In this document: positions 37,746 to 51,602 of the stretch, piece after piece | Layout of the letters: every line of letters starts with the position of its first letter | Position numbering within the stretch: the stretch's first letter is position 1 | Made by a program: the position numbers and the translations under genes | The notes under the pieces: generated by a model | Database searches by the model: none | What the model saw: the letters and a program-made list of their open reading frames with translations, nothing else | What the model was told of the DNA's origin: nothing | From: Octopus sinensis | Taxonomy: Eukaryota | Assembly: GCF_006345805.1 (NCBI RefSeq) | Contig: NC_043002.1 | Location: 107,260,001-107,324,000, forward strand | Direction of reading: 5' to 3' | Length of the DNA stretch: 64,000 nt

Positions 37746-38342
37746 TGTAGAAATATCATTAAAATATATTTATTAAAGCTGAGACTTGAAATTTTGTGTT
37801 TGATTTTTCATGTGTCCAGTCATTAAACAAAATTTGAGTAATGAAACCGAAAACCATTTAGAAGAATAGATTACAGAAACAAAAAGGAGGCTTATGTAAT
37901 GATAAAATCAAATAAATGTTAAATACAATAAAATGAAAAAAAAAAAAAACGGTACAGTTTGGTTATGCTAATTGCAGCTAGGCTTAAACCATTTACAAAA
38001 TGTCATTCCTGCTGAAATGCTACAAAATGAAAGAAAGTGAGAAATGGAGTAAGAAAGCAGTGAGAAAACAAATAATATAATGCACAGGAAATGAAATTAC
38101 CTTCGAAACACATTCAGAAAATTCACTTGTTATTCATAAATTAAATCTAACGAGCATTCTACAATGCAACAAGAAAATAGAGATAGCTAAACAGAAAGAA
38201 TGTCAAAGTCAAGAATGAAATGAAAAGGGAAGATAGTAGAATCTCTGAGAGTGCTAGAAGCTTCTCATTGGAAATTTTAAGAGATCTTTCTTTTGAAAAT
38301 TATAGAGCAGATATTTTGGTTTATGCCAACAATTGCCAACAT

Positions 38343-38745
38343 AGGCGCAGGAGTGGCTGTGTGGTAAGTAGCTTGCTAAACAACCACATGGTTCCGGGTT
38401 CAGTCCCACTGCGTGGCATCTTGGGCAAGTGTCTTCTGCTATAGCCCCGGGCCGACCAATGCCTTGTGAGTGGATTTGGTAGATGGAAACTGAAAGAAGC
38501 CTGTCGTATATATGTATATATATGCATGTGTGTGTGTTTGTGTGTCAGTGTTTGTCCCCCTAGCATTGCTTGACAACTGATGCTGGTGTGTTTACGTCCC
38601 CGTCACTTAGCGGTTTGGCAAAAGAGACTGATAGAATAAGTACTGGGCTTACAAAGAATAAGTCCCGGTGTCAATTTGCTCGACTAAAGGCGGTGCTCCA
38701 GCATGGCCACAGTCAAATGACTGAAACAAGTAAAAGAGTAAAAGA
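38343..38745 (+). mobile_element. tRNA/CORE-type SINE (family B, tail 1)
   Basis: Full-length. Confidence 0.9.
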
Positions 38746-39294
38746 GTTGTGAAGAATTATCATTTCTTGAATTCAGATTGTTCTTGTCTTGTGATAATGT
38801 TAAAAGCTGTTCAGTTGAGCAAAGATGACTTATTTCTGATGTTACCATACCATTGATGATAACATTAATCCAAGCCCAGTAATGAAATCCAATGGACAAA
38901 AACTGTGCTGAAGCCTGTCAGGTAGACATTTAATTCAAATGATTAATCTTCTTACACATTATTAATCATTTTGGTGATTCTATTAAGTGCTCAGTAACTA
39001 CAGAATATACAAAGACACTTACTCAGTAATACAATAAGCAGGTAGTTTGTGTGTGTGTGTGTGTGTGTATTCCAAGGAATCTAATGCTCTTAGCTTAGTT
39101 TTTCCTTGGGGCTGGCCAGCTTGGAGCAATCTCAAGTATAACCAGTCAAAATTGCAAAGATAATCTGGAATTCGACTGAGGAAAGAAAACTCTGAATGAC
39201 CCATCCTTGGTTTTTCTTGTTCCTTTTTTGTATCATCTAACTGTCTGGATGTTTTGTGTTCTTGTCCCATTTTTTGTATTCCTTTATATATATA

Positions 39295-39593
39295 TCTTTA
39301 TATATAAAAGTGAAGTTGTGTGTCTGTCTCCTACGATTTAGATTCCTAACTACTCCCACATTTTGCGGTGCAGTTTAACCAAAACCGGGTATCTTATAGT
39401 TGTGATTCATATCGAGCCCTTCTGGGTATTAGCGCGTGTCTACGATGAGTCTACGATTTTAAAAAAAATTTACCATCATTTTTTTCCATTTTAATGCATT
39501 ATTTTCGCTATTATATAAGGGAAGTAACTCTCTAAAAATGCTTATATAGTTATTTCCCTTACAAACCCGAGCAACGCCGGGCGATACTGCTAG
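39295..39593 (+). mobile_element. Non-autonomous Helitron, short variant
   Basis: A|TC...CCCGAGCAACGCCGGG...CTAG|T. Lacks the internal insert of about 100 bp. Confidence 0.85.
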
Positions 39594-39604
39594 TATATAT
39601 ATAT

Positions 39605-41795
39605 ATCTGCTGAGGACCACTGACCAGATCTGTGGATGATGCAAAGTCCTTTCTCGACCCAAAATAACGTGGTGGTGGAACAATATTGTTGACAGGGCTA
39701 TTAGAGAAAAGAAACAGGCTTGGAAGAATGGTGGTAGCAGGGAATTGTATCAGACTGCCAGAAGGGAAGCTAAGTTTATTCAGCCAGGGGGGAAACAGAT
39801 AAGAAAAAATTTGCCAATGTTCTGCACCGTGAGGACCAAAAGCTTGAGGTATTTTGTGTTGCAAGACAGTGTGTGAGAGAGAATCATGACACCATAGGAG
39901 AGAAATGTGTCCACATGGATGATGGTTCACTTGCACTAAACGAGGCTGCGAAGAGAGAGGTTTGGAGACACCACAATGAAAGGTTGCTCAATAAAGAAAA
40001 TGAATGGGAGAAAAAGAGTCTGCTGAATGTTGACCCAACAGAGGGACCAGATATCCAAATTGACAGTACCTTGGTAGATAAAGCAATTAGAAGTATGAAG
40101 ACAGGGAAAGCCCTCGGCCCATCAGGAATCACTGCAGAGATGCTCAAAATATTTGGCAGTGTTGGCTATAGCCTAGTCACCTGCATAGTTAACCAGACGA
40201 TACACAAAGGAGTCATACCCAATGACTGGTGTAGCAGCACCATAGCCAACTGCTACAAAGGTAAGGGTGACACTTTAGATACAAATATTTACAGAGGTAT
40301 GAAGTTGTTGGATCAGGTAATGAAGGTCACGGAGAGGGTCATAGCCCAACTAATTAGGGAGTCAGTCAGTTTAGATGAGATGCAGTTTGGGTTCGTGCCA
40401 GGGAAAAGCACCATTGATGTTATATTTTTGGTAAAACAGCTGCAGGAGAAATACCTAGCTTTTGTTGACATAAAGAAAGCCTTTGACAGGGTCCCCCAAT
40501 CCCTTATCTGGTGGTCAGTGAGGAAACTAGGGATAGATGAATGGTTAGTAAGAGCTGTGCAAGCCATATACAGGTAAGCTATTTATCATAGTCCTCCAGG
40601 CAGTAACAGAGGAATTCAAGACAGGATGCCCCTGGGAGATCCTCTATGCTGACGACATTTCTCTAATTGCTGAGTCACTATCAGAACTAGAGTGTCGAAA
40701 CAAGGACTAGAATCAAAAGGCCTTAGAGTCAAACTAGCTAAAACCAAAGTCCTAATAAGTAGGAAAGCAGGCAAACCACAAATCCCTTCAGGTAGATGGC
40801 CCTGCTCAATCTGTAGAAAAGGCATGGGTAGAAACTCTATAAGATGTACACAGTGTAAGCTATGGACACATAAGAGGTGCAGCAATATCAAAGGAAGTCT
40901 AACTGGGAAGATAGTTTTTGTATGTGGCAGATGCTCAGGAGCAATAAACACTGAAAATGTGCAGAGAACAAATTCTGCCACAATCCAGAGAGAAAAACTA
41001 GAAATAGTTGATAGCTTCCATTACCTAGGTGACCAAGTCAGTAGCGGGGGAGGGTGCGCTGAAAGTGTAGCTGCTAGAATAAGAATAGCTTGGGCAAAGT
41101 TCAGAGAGCTCTTACCTCTGCTGGTGACAAAGGGCTTCTCGCTCAGAGTAAAAGGTAGACTGTATGACGCATGTGTACAAGCAGCCATGCTACATGGCAG
41201 TGAAACATGAACTGTGACTGCTGAGGACATGAGACATGTGGTGATGGAGAAGACCCAGTAACTAAAGTAAGATTGCAGCCACCCACATCCAGCCCTGTTA
41301 AGAATACTCCTGATGCGTCAGGCGATATGATATGCTTGAGAAGACCTGTTGAGTCAAGTAAAACCAATATTGTAGCTGGGGCCGGTGCCCCCTGACTGGC
41401 TTCCATGCCGATGGCACGTAAGAAGCACCATCCAAATGTAGTCAATGCCAGGTCTGCCTGACTGGTTCCTGTGTCGGTGGCATGTAAAAAGCACCAACTG
41501 ATCGTGACCGATGCCAATACCCACTGACTGGCTCTTGTGCCAGCGGCACTTAAAAACCACCATCCAAACATGATTGCTGCCAGGCCTGACTTACTGGCTC
41601 CTGTGCTGGTGGCATGTAAAAAGCACCCACTACACTCTCAGAGTGGTTGGCGTTAGGAAGGGCCTCTAGCTGTAGAAACTCTGCCAGACCAGTTTGGAGC
41701 CTGGTGCAGCCGCTGGCTCTCCAGACCTCAGTCAAACTGTCCAACCCATGCCAGCATGGAAAATGGACATTAATTAATGATGATGATAATGATAT
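39605..41795 (+). mobile_element. 5'-truncated, decayed RTE/RTEX-type LINE (RT, PHD-like finger, 3' UTR, (GAT)n tail)
   Basis: TWWWN; ORF 39873-40577 (QFGFVPGKSTID, AFVDIKKAFDRVP); YADD at 40645-40656; ORF 40692-41210 (CSIC..CTQC..THKRC..CGRC, FHYLGD, LHGSET). The QGS region is deleted. Contiguous with the family A sequence. Confidence 0.9.
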
Positions 41796-42039
41796 ATGTA
41801 TGTATTGATGGTGCAAAGTGGTAAGGAGACCATACAAATCAATAAATTATAGTTAAAAAAAGTAAATGAAGTTGGAAAAGTTTCAGATGTATATTTTAGA
41901 GAATGTTTAATAAAATATTACCAGTTTTGAGGTATCCATCTTATCATCTCTTAGAAATATTAGAAAGAAGTTTTTGGTGAGCCAGAGAGAAAAAAAACAT
42001 TTTTGCAGAGTTTAACAGTTTGTACCCATATTTGAGTTC

Positions 42040-42455
42040 TTAACACACACACACATGCGTGTTTGTGTATATGTGTATGTATGTGTGTGCATGCGTGTAT
42101 GTATGTGTGTGTATACATGTGTGTGTGTATATGTGTGTATGTGTGTGTGTATATATGTGCGTGGGTGTATGTGTGAATATGTGTGTACATGTGTGTGTGG
42201 TGTGTATATATACATGTGTGCGTTTGTGTATGCGTGTGTGTATGTACGTGTGTGTATGTGTGTGTATACATGTGTGTATATGTACGCATGTGTATGTGTG
42301 TGTATATATATGTGCGTGGGTGTATGCGTATATATATGTGTGTGTATATGTGCGTGTGTATGTGTGTGTGTATATATGTGCGTGGGTGTATGTGTGAATA
42401 TGTGTGTGTACGTGTGTACATGTCTGTGTGTGTATATATATATGTATATATACAC

Positions 42456-42488
<33 letters not shown>

Positions 42489-42500
42489 CATACACACACA
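42040..42500. repeat. Compound (TG)/(TATG) microsatellite
   Basis: Direct inspection. Confidence 0.95.
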
Positions 42501-42704
42501 TGGTGTCCCTTTTGTTCAAAGGGTCAGTTTTGTATTGCACTGTTCTACTAATTCTACCTAAAGATTTCACTAAGAGCAGAACTGTTTGGAATACTCAACC
42601 AGTTATGCCATAATTCAATGTTTAGACATCTCTGTTGTTCAGGAACACCAAATGCTATAAACCTACTTAAGCGCCATTACTTTATATTTACTCTGTGACT
42701 CCGT

Positions 42705-43029
42705 ACATGCGTGTGCATGCGTGTGTGTGTGTGTGTGTGTGCGTGTGTGTGTGCGTGCGTGTGTGTGTGTGTGCGTGTGTGTGCGTGCGTGTGTGTGCGT
42801 GCGTGTGTGTGTGTGTGTGCGTGTGTGTGTGCGTGCGTGTGTGTGCGTGCGTGTGTGTGTGGGCGTGCGTGTGCGTGCGTGTGTGTGTGTGTGTGCGTGT
42901 GTGTGTGCGTGCGTGTGTGTGTGTGTGCGTTGTGTGCGTGCGTGTGTGTGCGTGCGTGTGTGTGTGTGCGTGTGTGTGTGCGTGCGTGTGCGTGCGTGTG
43001 TGTGTGTGTGTGCGTGTGTGTGTGCGTGC

Positions 43030-43066
<37 letters not shown>

Positions 43067-43085
43067 CGTGTGTGTGTGTGTGTTT
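42705..43085. repeat. (TG)n/(GCGT)n microsatellite
   Basis: Direct inspection. Confidence 0.95.
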
Positions 43086-43199
43086 GCTTAAAGGTAATTT
43101 AGTCTGTATGTTCCACATATTCGGTTGTTGGGACAGTGACATCATTGCATTTGCATTCGCATCATTCTATGACATTTTGTGAGGCTGACTACTTCATAT

Positions 43200-43285
43200 G
43201 TTCTCCTCCTCTCTCTCTCTCTCTCTCTCTTTCTTTCTCTCTCTTTCTTTCTCTCTCTTTCTCTCACTTTCTCTTTCTCTCTCTT

Positions 43286-43320
<35 letters not shown>

Positions 43321-43560
43321 ATCTCTCTTTCTCTCTCTCTTTTTCTCTTTCTTTTTCTCTTTCTCTATCTCTCTTTCTCTCTTTCTCTTTCTCTCTCTCT
43401 TTCTTTCTCTCTCTCTTTCTCTCTTTCTTTCTCTCTCTCTTTTTCTCTTTCTCTCTTTCTTTCTCTCTCTCTTTCTCTTTTTCTCTCTCTCTTTCTCTCT
43501 CTTTCTCTCACTCCTCCCCTCTCCCTCTCTTTTTCTCCCCCCCTCTCTCCCTCTCTCAAA
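43200..43560. repeat. (CT)n/(CTTT)n polypyrimidine microsatellite
   Basis: Direct inspection. Confidence 0.95.
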
Positions 43561-43889
43561 CTCTGCCATGATGTTTATGAACTTATATTGGATTGAGAAC
43601 TGGATAAACCAAAACAGAATACATTTCTATGTAAAAGCACCAATACCCGACCCTCTCTCATGTCATACACACTTCCCCCAGTTGCAGTCGTTTGACTGCG
43701 ACCATGCTGGGGCATTGCCTTTGAAGAATGTTTAGTCAAAGGAATCAACCCCAGTACATTATTTTCTTCTGTACTTGAGCCTGGTTCTCATTCTGTTGGT
43801 CCCTTTTGCTGAACTGCTAAGTTACAGGGACATAAACACACCAACACCAGTGGCAGGGAACAAACACAATCACAAAGACATGCACACGG

Positions 43890-44520
43890 CATGTTTAATG
43901 TCCGCTTTCTATGCTGGCATGGATTGGATGGTTTGACTGGGGACTGGCAAGCCAGGAGGCCGCACCAAGCTCCAATCTGATCTGGCAGTGTTTCTATAGT
44001 TGGATGTCTTTCCTAATGCCAACCACACCGAAAGTGTAATGGGTGCTTTTTACGTTCCACCGGCATCAGCCACATTCAGATGGTGCTTTTTATGTGCTAC
44101 TGGCACAGGAGCCGGTGGGGGTGGGGGCTGGCATTGACCACATTCAGATGGTACTTTTTATGTGCTACTGGTATGGTGAGCCAGTCAGATAGCACTGGCA
44201 ATGACCCACGCATGAATGGTGCTTTTTACATGCCACCAGCACGGGAGCTAGTCCGGCGGTACTTGCAATGACCCACGCATGAATGGTGCTTTTTACATGC
44301 CACCAGCACAGGAGCTAGTCAGGCGGTACTGACAATGACCCACACATGAATGGTGCTTTTTACATGCCACCAGCTCGGGAGCTAGTCAGGCGGTACTGGC
44401 AATGACCCACGCATGAATGGTGCTTTTTACATGCCACCAGCACGGGAGCCAGTCAGGCGGCACTGGCATCGGCCACAACTACAATTTCCATTTGATTGCG
44501 ATTTGATTTGACTTGATTTT
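43890..44520 (-). mobile_element. RTE 3' UTR copy with an expanded 67-bp array
   Basis: GACCCAC at 44203, 44270, 44337 and 44404. Confidence 0.9.
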
Positions 44521-44734
44521 GACTTTGATAAGCATATAAGTAAAGAGCAGTGAAGTTTTACTTGAAATAAATGTTCTCTGTGAAGGTGAAGAGGCTCAAT
44601 TAAACCCATTGGATCAGGTCTTAAAATGCATCTGAACACATAGCTGGGTTTAGTTTGAGTTCCTGGTTTAAGGTAGCTAATGATATTTATTGTAAATATT
44701 GGAGCAAAAGATTTTGTTTTGTTACTGTCACAGC

Positions 44735-45120
44735 TGCAGGTATGGTTGGGCAGTTGAGATGCTTGCTTCCCAGTCGTACAGTTTCAAGTTCAATTTCATT
44801 ACCTGACACCTTAGGCACAAGTGTCATCTACTACAGTTCCTGGTTGACGAAGATTTGTCAATGGATTTGGTAGACAGAAACTGAAAGAAGCCTCTCGTAT
44901 GTATATGTGTGTGTGTGCATGTGTGTGATGGTTGTAAATGTCATACAAGGAATGTCGTTCATTTCCAATTTTCTATGAAAAACATGTCTGGCCGTGGGGA
45001 AATATTACTTCACTTGGAAACAGGCAATGGTTGGTGATAGGAAGGGCAACAGGCTGTAGAAAGTTTGCCTTTCCACTGACCCATCCAATTGTGGAAAAGT
45101 GGACGTTACGTAATGAATGA
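44735..45120 (+). mobile_element. Family B SINE head plus RTE-like tail 2, degenerate
   Basis: As for 25423-25915. Confidence 0.6.
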
Positions 45121-45824
45121 ATGAATGAATACGTAGAATGTGGTGAGTCGTTGTGAGAGCTTTCCAATCCATGCTATCATGGGGGACGAATGTATAATGA
45201 TGATCGTTGTATCGTATTCCATTATGTAGTTAGCATATGGTTAACTGTAGAATACGTCGGTATAGCAGTGTAGTATGATGGCACATATAAATATGGAAGA
45301 AGACTTGATTGTATTCTTGGGAAAAATACACTTAGAGTTTGAGGTCAGGTACTTTAAGCTGTTAGTGGTAGGCCAGTACTGTTGGTTATACGGTCGAGTT
45401 AACATCGACCAAACAAGTTAATCCACCTAATCATTGCAAGTGCCGCCTGACTAGCTCCCGTGCTGGTGGCATGTAAAAAGCACCATTCATGCGTGGGTCA
45501 TTGCCAGTGCTGCCTGACTAGCTCCCATGCTGGTGGCACGTAAAAAGCACCATTCATGTGTGGGTCATTGCAAGTGCCGCCTGACTAGCTCCCGTGCTGG
45601 TTAGGAGAGTGTTGTGGACACCCTACAGCATTAAAAGCAAGGCCCATCACAGGAGGACGAACTTCTTCTAAGCCAGCAGTCATTTACAACTCCATTGGGC
45701 AGCCATACTGGTGTTGCTTTGTGAGAGAAAGACGTTATTTTAAGGCCAACTGCTTGCTATCTGATATTAAATATTGTTAATCAGGTTGATTCACTGCAGT
45801 TCTTTAAAAATTTGTACCAGCAAT

Positions 45825-46460
45825 TTTGGAAGGATAGGGTGAGCTGATTATATTAACCCCAGTACTTGAATGGAATGTTATTATATTTTATCAACCCTGA
45901 AAGTTGACTTAGGTGAGATTTGAACTTAGAATGTTAAGTGTTAGAATAGATGCTGCTAAGCATTTTGTCTGACGCACTAGTGATTCTGTCAGCTTGCTGT
46001 CTTAATCATAATTCTTTCTTCTATAGGCACAAGGCCTGTAATTTTTGTAGGAGAGGCCACTTGATTACATCAACCCCATTGCATAACTGGTATTTATATT
46101 ATTGATTGCAAAATGATGAAAGGCAGAGGCAGTCTGTGTGACACTTGATCTGGGAATGTAAAAATGAAAGCAATGCCACTAAGCATTTTGTCTGTGATGG
46201 TAAAAATTCTGCTAGCCTGATGCCTACTTAATAATAATAATAATGATTCTTTCTACTATAGTCAGAAAACCTGAAATTTTTTGGGGGAAGAGGTCAGTTG
46301 ATTAGGTCCATTCCAGTACTCAAGTAGTGCTTTATTTTATTGTCTCTGGAAGGATGGAAAGTAAAGTTGGCCTTCGTGGGATTTGAACTCAGAATGTAAA
46401 ACCCAAAGAAATGCCGCAGAGCATTTTGTCTTGCATGCTAACAAGTCTGCCAGCTTTCCA
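45825..46460 (-). mobile_element. Three head-to-tail degenerate family D SINEs
   Basis: Repeated GATGAAAGG/AAAGTTG..ATTTGAAC..GCTAAGCATTTTGTC motifs. Confidence 0.7.
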
Positions 46461-46675
46461 CCTTGAAAAAACATCTGAAAACTTCAGAAATACCCCACAA
46501 TCTAGGTGTATTGCAAAAGTCGGCATTACTTGGAACTGCGCACATATTGCATAAAAAAATGTCTGTTTGAGGTCCTTGTGACTTGACAAACAGTACAAAC
46601 TTTCAGTAGACACAATATTTTCAATCAACAACCTCACGATATTGTATACTGTGTGACTTCCATAATAATAATGAT

Positions 46676-47090
46676 GGCGCAGGAGTGGCTGTGTGGTAAG
46701 TAGCTTGTTTACCAACCACATGGTTCTGGGTTCAGTCCCACTGCGTGGCACCTTGGGCAAGTGTCTTCTACTATAGCCTCGGGCCGACCAAAGCCTTGTG
46801 AGTAGATTTGGTAGACGGAAACTGAAAGAAGCCCGTCGTATATATATATATATATATATATGCGTGTGTGTGTTTGTGTATCTGTGTTTGTCCCCTCAAC
46901 ATCGCTTGACAACCGATGCTGGTGTGTTTATGTCCCCGTTACTTAGTGGTTCGGCAAAAGAGACCGATAGAATAAGTACTGGACTTACAAAAGAATAAGT
47001 CCCGGGGTCGAGTTGCTCGATTAAAGGCGGTGCTCCAGCATGGCCGCAGTCAAATGACTGAAACAAGTAAAAGAGTAAAAGTAAAAGAGA
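46676..47090 (+). mobile_element. tRNA/CORE-type SINE (family B, tail 1)
   Basis: Full-length, young-looking. Confidence 0.9.
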
Positions 47091-47104
47091 ATAATAATAA
47101 TGAT

Positions 47105-47440
47105 AATGATTTCAATTTTTACCACAAGGGCAGCATTTTGGGGGGAGGGGATGAGTCGATTACATTGACCCCAGTGTTTCACTGGTACTTAATTTATTGA
47201 CCCCTAAAGGATGAAAAGCAAAGTTGACCTTGAAATTTGAACCCAGGACGTAAGGATGGACAAAGTACTGCTAAGAATTTCACCCAAGATGCTAACGAGT
47301 CTGCCAATCCTTTCTACTATGGGTATGAGGCCTGAAATTTTAGGGAAGGGGGTTAAATCAATTACATTGATCCCAGTACTCAACTGGTACTTAATTTATC
47401 AACCCCAAAAGGATGAAAGGCAAAGTTGACCTTGGCCGAA
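47105..47440 (-). mobile_element. Two more family D SINE copies
   Basis: ACTGGTACTTAATTTAT...GGATGAAA(G/A)GCAAAGTTGACC occurs twice. Confidence 0.75.
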
Positions 47441-47506
47441 TAATAATAATAAAAATAATTTTTTATAAAATAATAATGATAATAATAATAATAATAATGA
47501 TAATAT

Positions 47507-48045
47507 CAGGCACTGGCTCTCATGGCTTCTTGTCTTAACTGATTGGAAGTGTTATCATGTACATTGTTTTGTCTTGGTATAAAAGATGGGCTACAGCAAA
47601 TATTCTGCTCAATACCACAGATTTGCTTGTCAGTTGTTTGACCATAACCAGTTGACCATGTCCCTTAGTGGCTGACGATATGTACATCTCTGATCACGAG
47701 CAGAAGTAGTGGAGGAGCATCATAGCCATGTGTCAAGAGGGATTCTTTGAGGTTTGAATAATTCACCTCTGGAAACATAGGTGTTTCATTCAACATCCTC
47801 AAACAACCCTTATTTAGGGACCTTTTGAGTGGGATGGGTTACTCGACCTGAAGAAAATTCTAACTGGGCCCCACTTGCAAGGTCATGCGCAGTTTATCTT
47901 GATATGAGATCACCATGTTGTGCACACATGGTTGTGATGCATGTGCCTGGTATACCCTTATCAGACGGGTAGTCATGATGGGTATACTGGGCTTCATATA
48001 TTTGTACCCCAGTGTCATTTTGGCATACCCTGCTCTCTCACTCAA
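47507..48045 (+). mobile_element. Unclassified interspersed repeat with an (AAT)n tail, possibly a non-LTR 3' end
   Basis: Higher-GC block between (AAT)n tracts. Single copy in this window; family recognition is from memory only. Confidence 0.35.
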
Positions 48046-48203
48046 TAATAATGATAATAATTGTAATAATAATAAAGTGGTCATGGTTTCCAAGATCTAC
48101 ATTATTGTTGCTTCAACAAAAGAAGCTTCAATATATTTCTCAAACCATGAATAATAAAAGCGTAATAATGATGATGATGATGATGATGATAATAATAATA
48201 ATA

Positions 48204-48234
<31 letters not shown>

Positions 48235-48759
48235 TCATCAGTGTATGAGGAAAATTATTACGCAAAGATGATTTTTTTCAAAAACAAAATACACACTCAC
48301 ACACACACACACACACATATATATATCCCCTGATTTATACAATAGGTGGATGGTCATGACCTAAACACCTTTGTTCAGAAGTCCTTTTGATGATAGTAAA
48401 CTAAAACAACTGTGACTGGTCAGTCATTTTGGGAACTCTCACCCCCCACCTCTTCTCCATTTAGTTTACCTGATGAGTAATAATGCAATAGATCTCTCAT
48501 TCTTCCTTGTTATATACCTGTAGCTCACTCCAACTCTCTCTCTTTCTCTCTCTCTACATCTCACTCTCTCTTATTCTCAGTCTCTCTCGCTCTCTCTCTC
48601 TCTTTCTTCTCAACAATCCTTAGAAACAGTATTTATATCTCAAAACCGAGCTTTGGCAGTGGGTTTGTGCAAAGTCAAGTTTTCTCACGGGAATTCACTG
48701 AAGTGCAAACAATTGACAATTGGCTTTTGTTTTCTGCTTACACAGGTACATATGTGTGC

Positions 48760-48883
48760 GTGAGTGTGTGTGAGTGTGTGTCTGTTTACCTCTGTCCTTT
48801 TGTATACATACATGCAGGTACGTACACACACACACACACACAAACACATATTTAATATGTACATATATTACTATATGTGTGTG

Positions 48884-48914
<31 letters not shown>

Positions 48915-49377
48915 ATAGTAATATATGTATATACACACATAAAGCATATGTTTATATATATGTAGTAATATATATATTACTATATATACTACATGTATAT
49001 AAACATAAAGCATATGTTTATATATACGTAGTAATATATATGTATATGCGTTAAGTATATATTTGTATTTATGTGTGTGTGTATATATATATACACACAC
49101 ATATATACACTAAGTATATGTACTTATATTAATGTGTCTGTGTGTGTGTGTATAGTAATATATATACACACATAATAGTATATATTTATATATATAGTAA
49201 TATATGTATATGCATTAAGTATAAATTTGTATTTATGTGTGTATGTATGTATATATATATATATATATATATACACTTAATGTGTGCGTGTGCGCACGCA
49301 CACACACACATATATATATAAACTTGTATATGTACTTATATTAATGTGTGTGTGTGGTGTGTGTGTGTGTGTGTATA

Positions 49378-49409
<32 letters not shown>

Positions 49410-49849
49410 GTATAATATTATAATGTATATATATATATATATATAGTATATATATATATTATATATATATAGATATATATATATATGTATCTATATTATA
49501 TATATATATATGTATATAATATGTAATATAATATATATATGTATATAGATATATATAGTGTATATAATATGTATATGTATATATATATGTATATATATAT
49601 ATATATGTTATATATATATGTATATATTATATATGTAATATATATATGTATTATAATGTATATCTATATGTATATATATATGTAGTATATATATTGTATA
49701 TATATATATAATGTATATATATATATATATATATATCTATATTATATGTCTATATATATATAGTATATATATAATATAGATATATAGTATATCTATGATA
49801 TATAGAGATATGTATATATATGTATATATATTATATGTATATATATATA

Positions 49850-49887
<38 letters not shown>

Positions 49888-49891
49888 TAGG

Positions 49892-49927
<36 letters not shown>

Positions 49928-49941
49928 GTATTATATATATG

Positions 49942-49972
<31 letters not shown>

Positions 49973-50236
49973 TATCTATGTATATATATATATATATGGT
50001 ATATATCTATAGTGGTTATATATTATAATATAATGTATATATATATATCATATGTATATATATATATATATTGATATAATATATATATATGTATATATAT
50101 ATATATAGATGTATAGATATATATATATATTATATATATATATATAATATGTATATATATATATATAGTATATATATAATATATATAATATATATATAGA
50201 TATATAGATATATGTATATATATATATATATATGTG

Positions 50237-50270
<34 letters not shown>

Positions 50271-50367
50271 ATATATATGTATATATATATATATATATAT
50301 ATGTGTTATATATATATATATGTGTGTTATATATATATATTGGGTATGTATATATATATAATATGTG

Positions 50368-50398
<31 letters not shown>

Positions 50399-50532
50399 GT
50401 TATATATTATATTATATATGTATATTATATATATGTATATATATATTATATATGTGTGTATATATATATATATGTATATATGTATCTATTATTAATATGT
50501 TATATATATATATTATATATATATATATATGG

Positions 50533-50570
<38 letters not shown>

Positions 50571-50988
50571 ATGTATTATATATATTATATGTATATATAT
50601 ATATATATAATGTATATATATATCTATATATTATGTATATATGTATATATATATGTATATGTATATATATATGTATATATATTGTATATATTATATATAT
50701 ATTATATATATATATATTATATGTATATATATATATATCTATATATAGGTCTATATATATATATATTGTATATCTGTATATATATTATATATATAGTATA
50801 TATATATATATATTATATATATATATAGTATATATTAGTATATATATTATGTATATATATGTATATATAGTATATGTATATATATATATATGTAATATTA
50901 TATATATCTTATATATAGATATATATATATGTATATATATTAATATATATATATTATATATATTATATATGTATATATATTATATATG

Positions 50989-51019
<31 letters not shown>

Positions 51020-51191
51020 TATATGTATATATATATGTATATATATATATAGATGTATATATATATAATGTATATTTTAGTATGTATATATATATTGTAT
51101 ATATACTATGTATATATATACTGTATCTATATATTAATAGATATATATATAATATATATTAATATATATATATAATATATATATATATATA

Positions 51192-51239
<48 letters not shown>

Positions 51240-51352
51240 GTATTATATATATATATATATAATATGTATATATAGATATATATATATATATATAATATGT
51301 ATATATATATATACTGTATATATATATATATATATGTCTATATAATATATAG

Positions 51353-51384
<32 letters not shown>

Positions 51385-51443
51385 TGTAGTATATATATAG
51401 AATATGTATATAGATATATGATATGTATATATATATTATGTAT

Positions 51444-51478
<35 letters not shown>

Positions 51479-51568
51479 TATATATATTCTAATCTGTATA
51501 GTTATATATATATATATTTATATATATATATATAGTATATATATATCTATATATATGTAAGATATATC

Positions 51569-51602
<34 letters not shown>

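Noticed and set aside
45601-45780. Open frame of about 59 codons, LGECCGHPTALKARP...
   Set aside because: No splice signals or start; it abuts a suspect rearranged segment.
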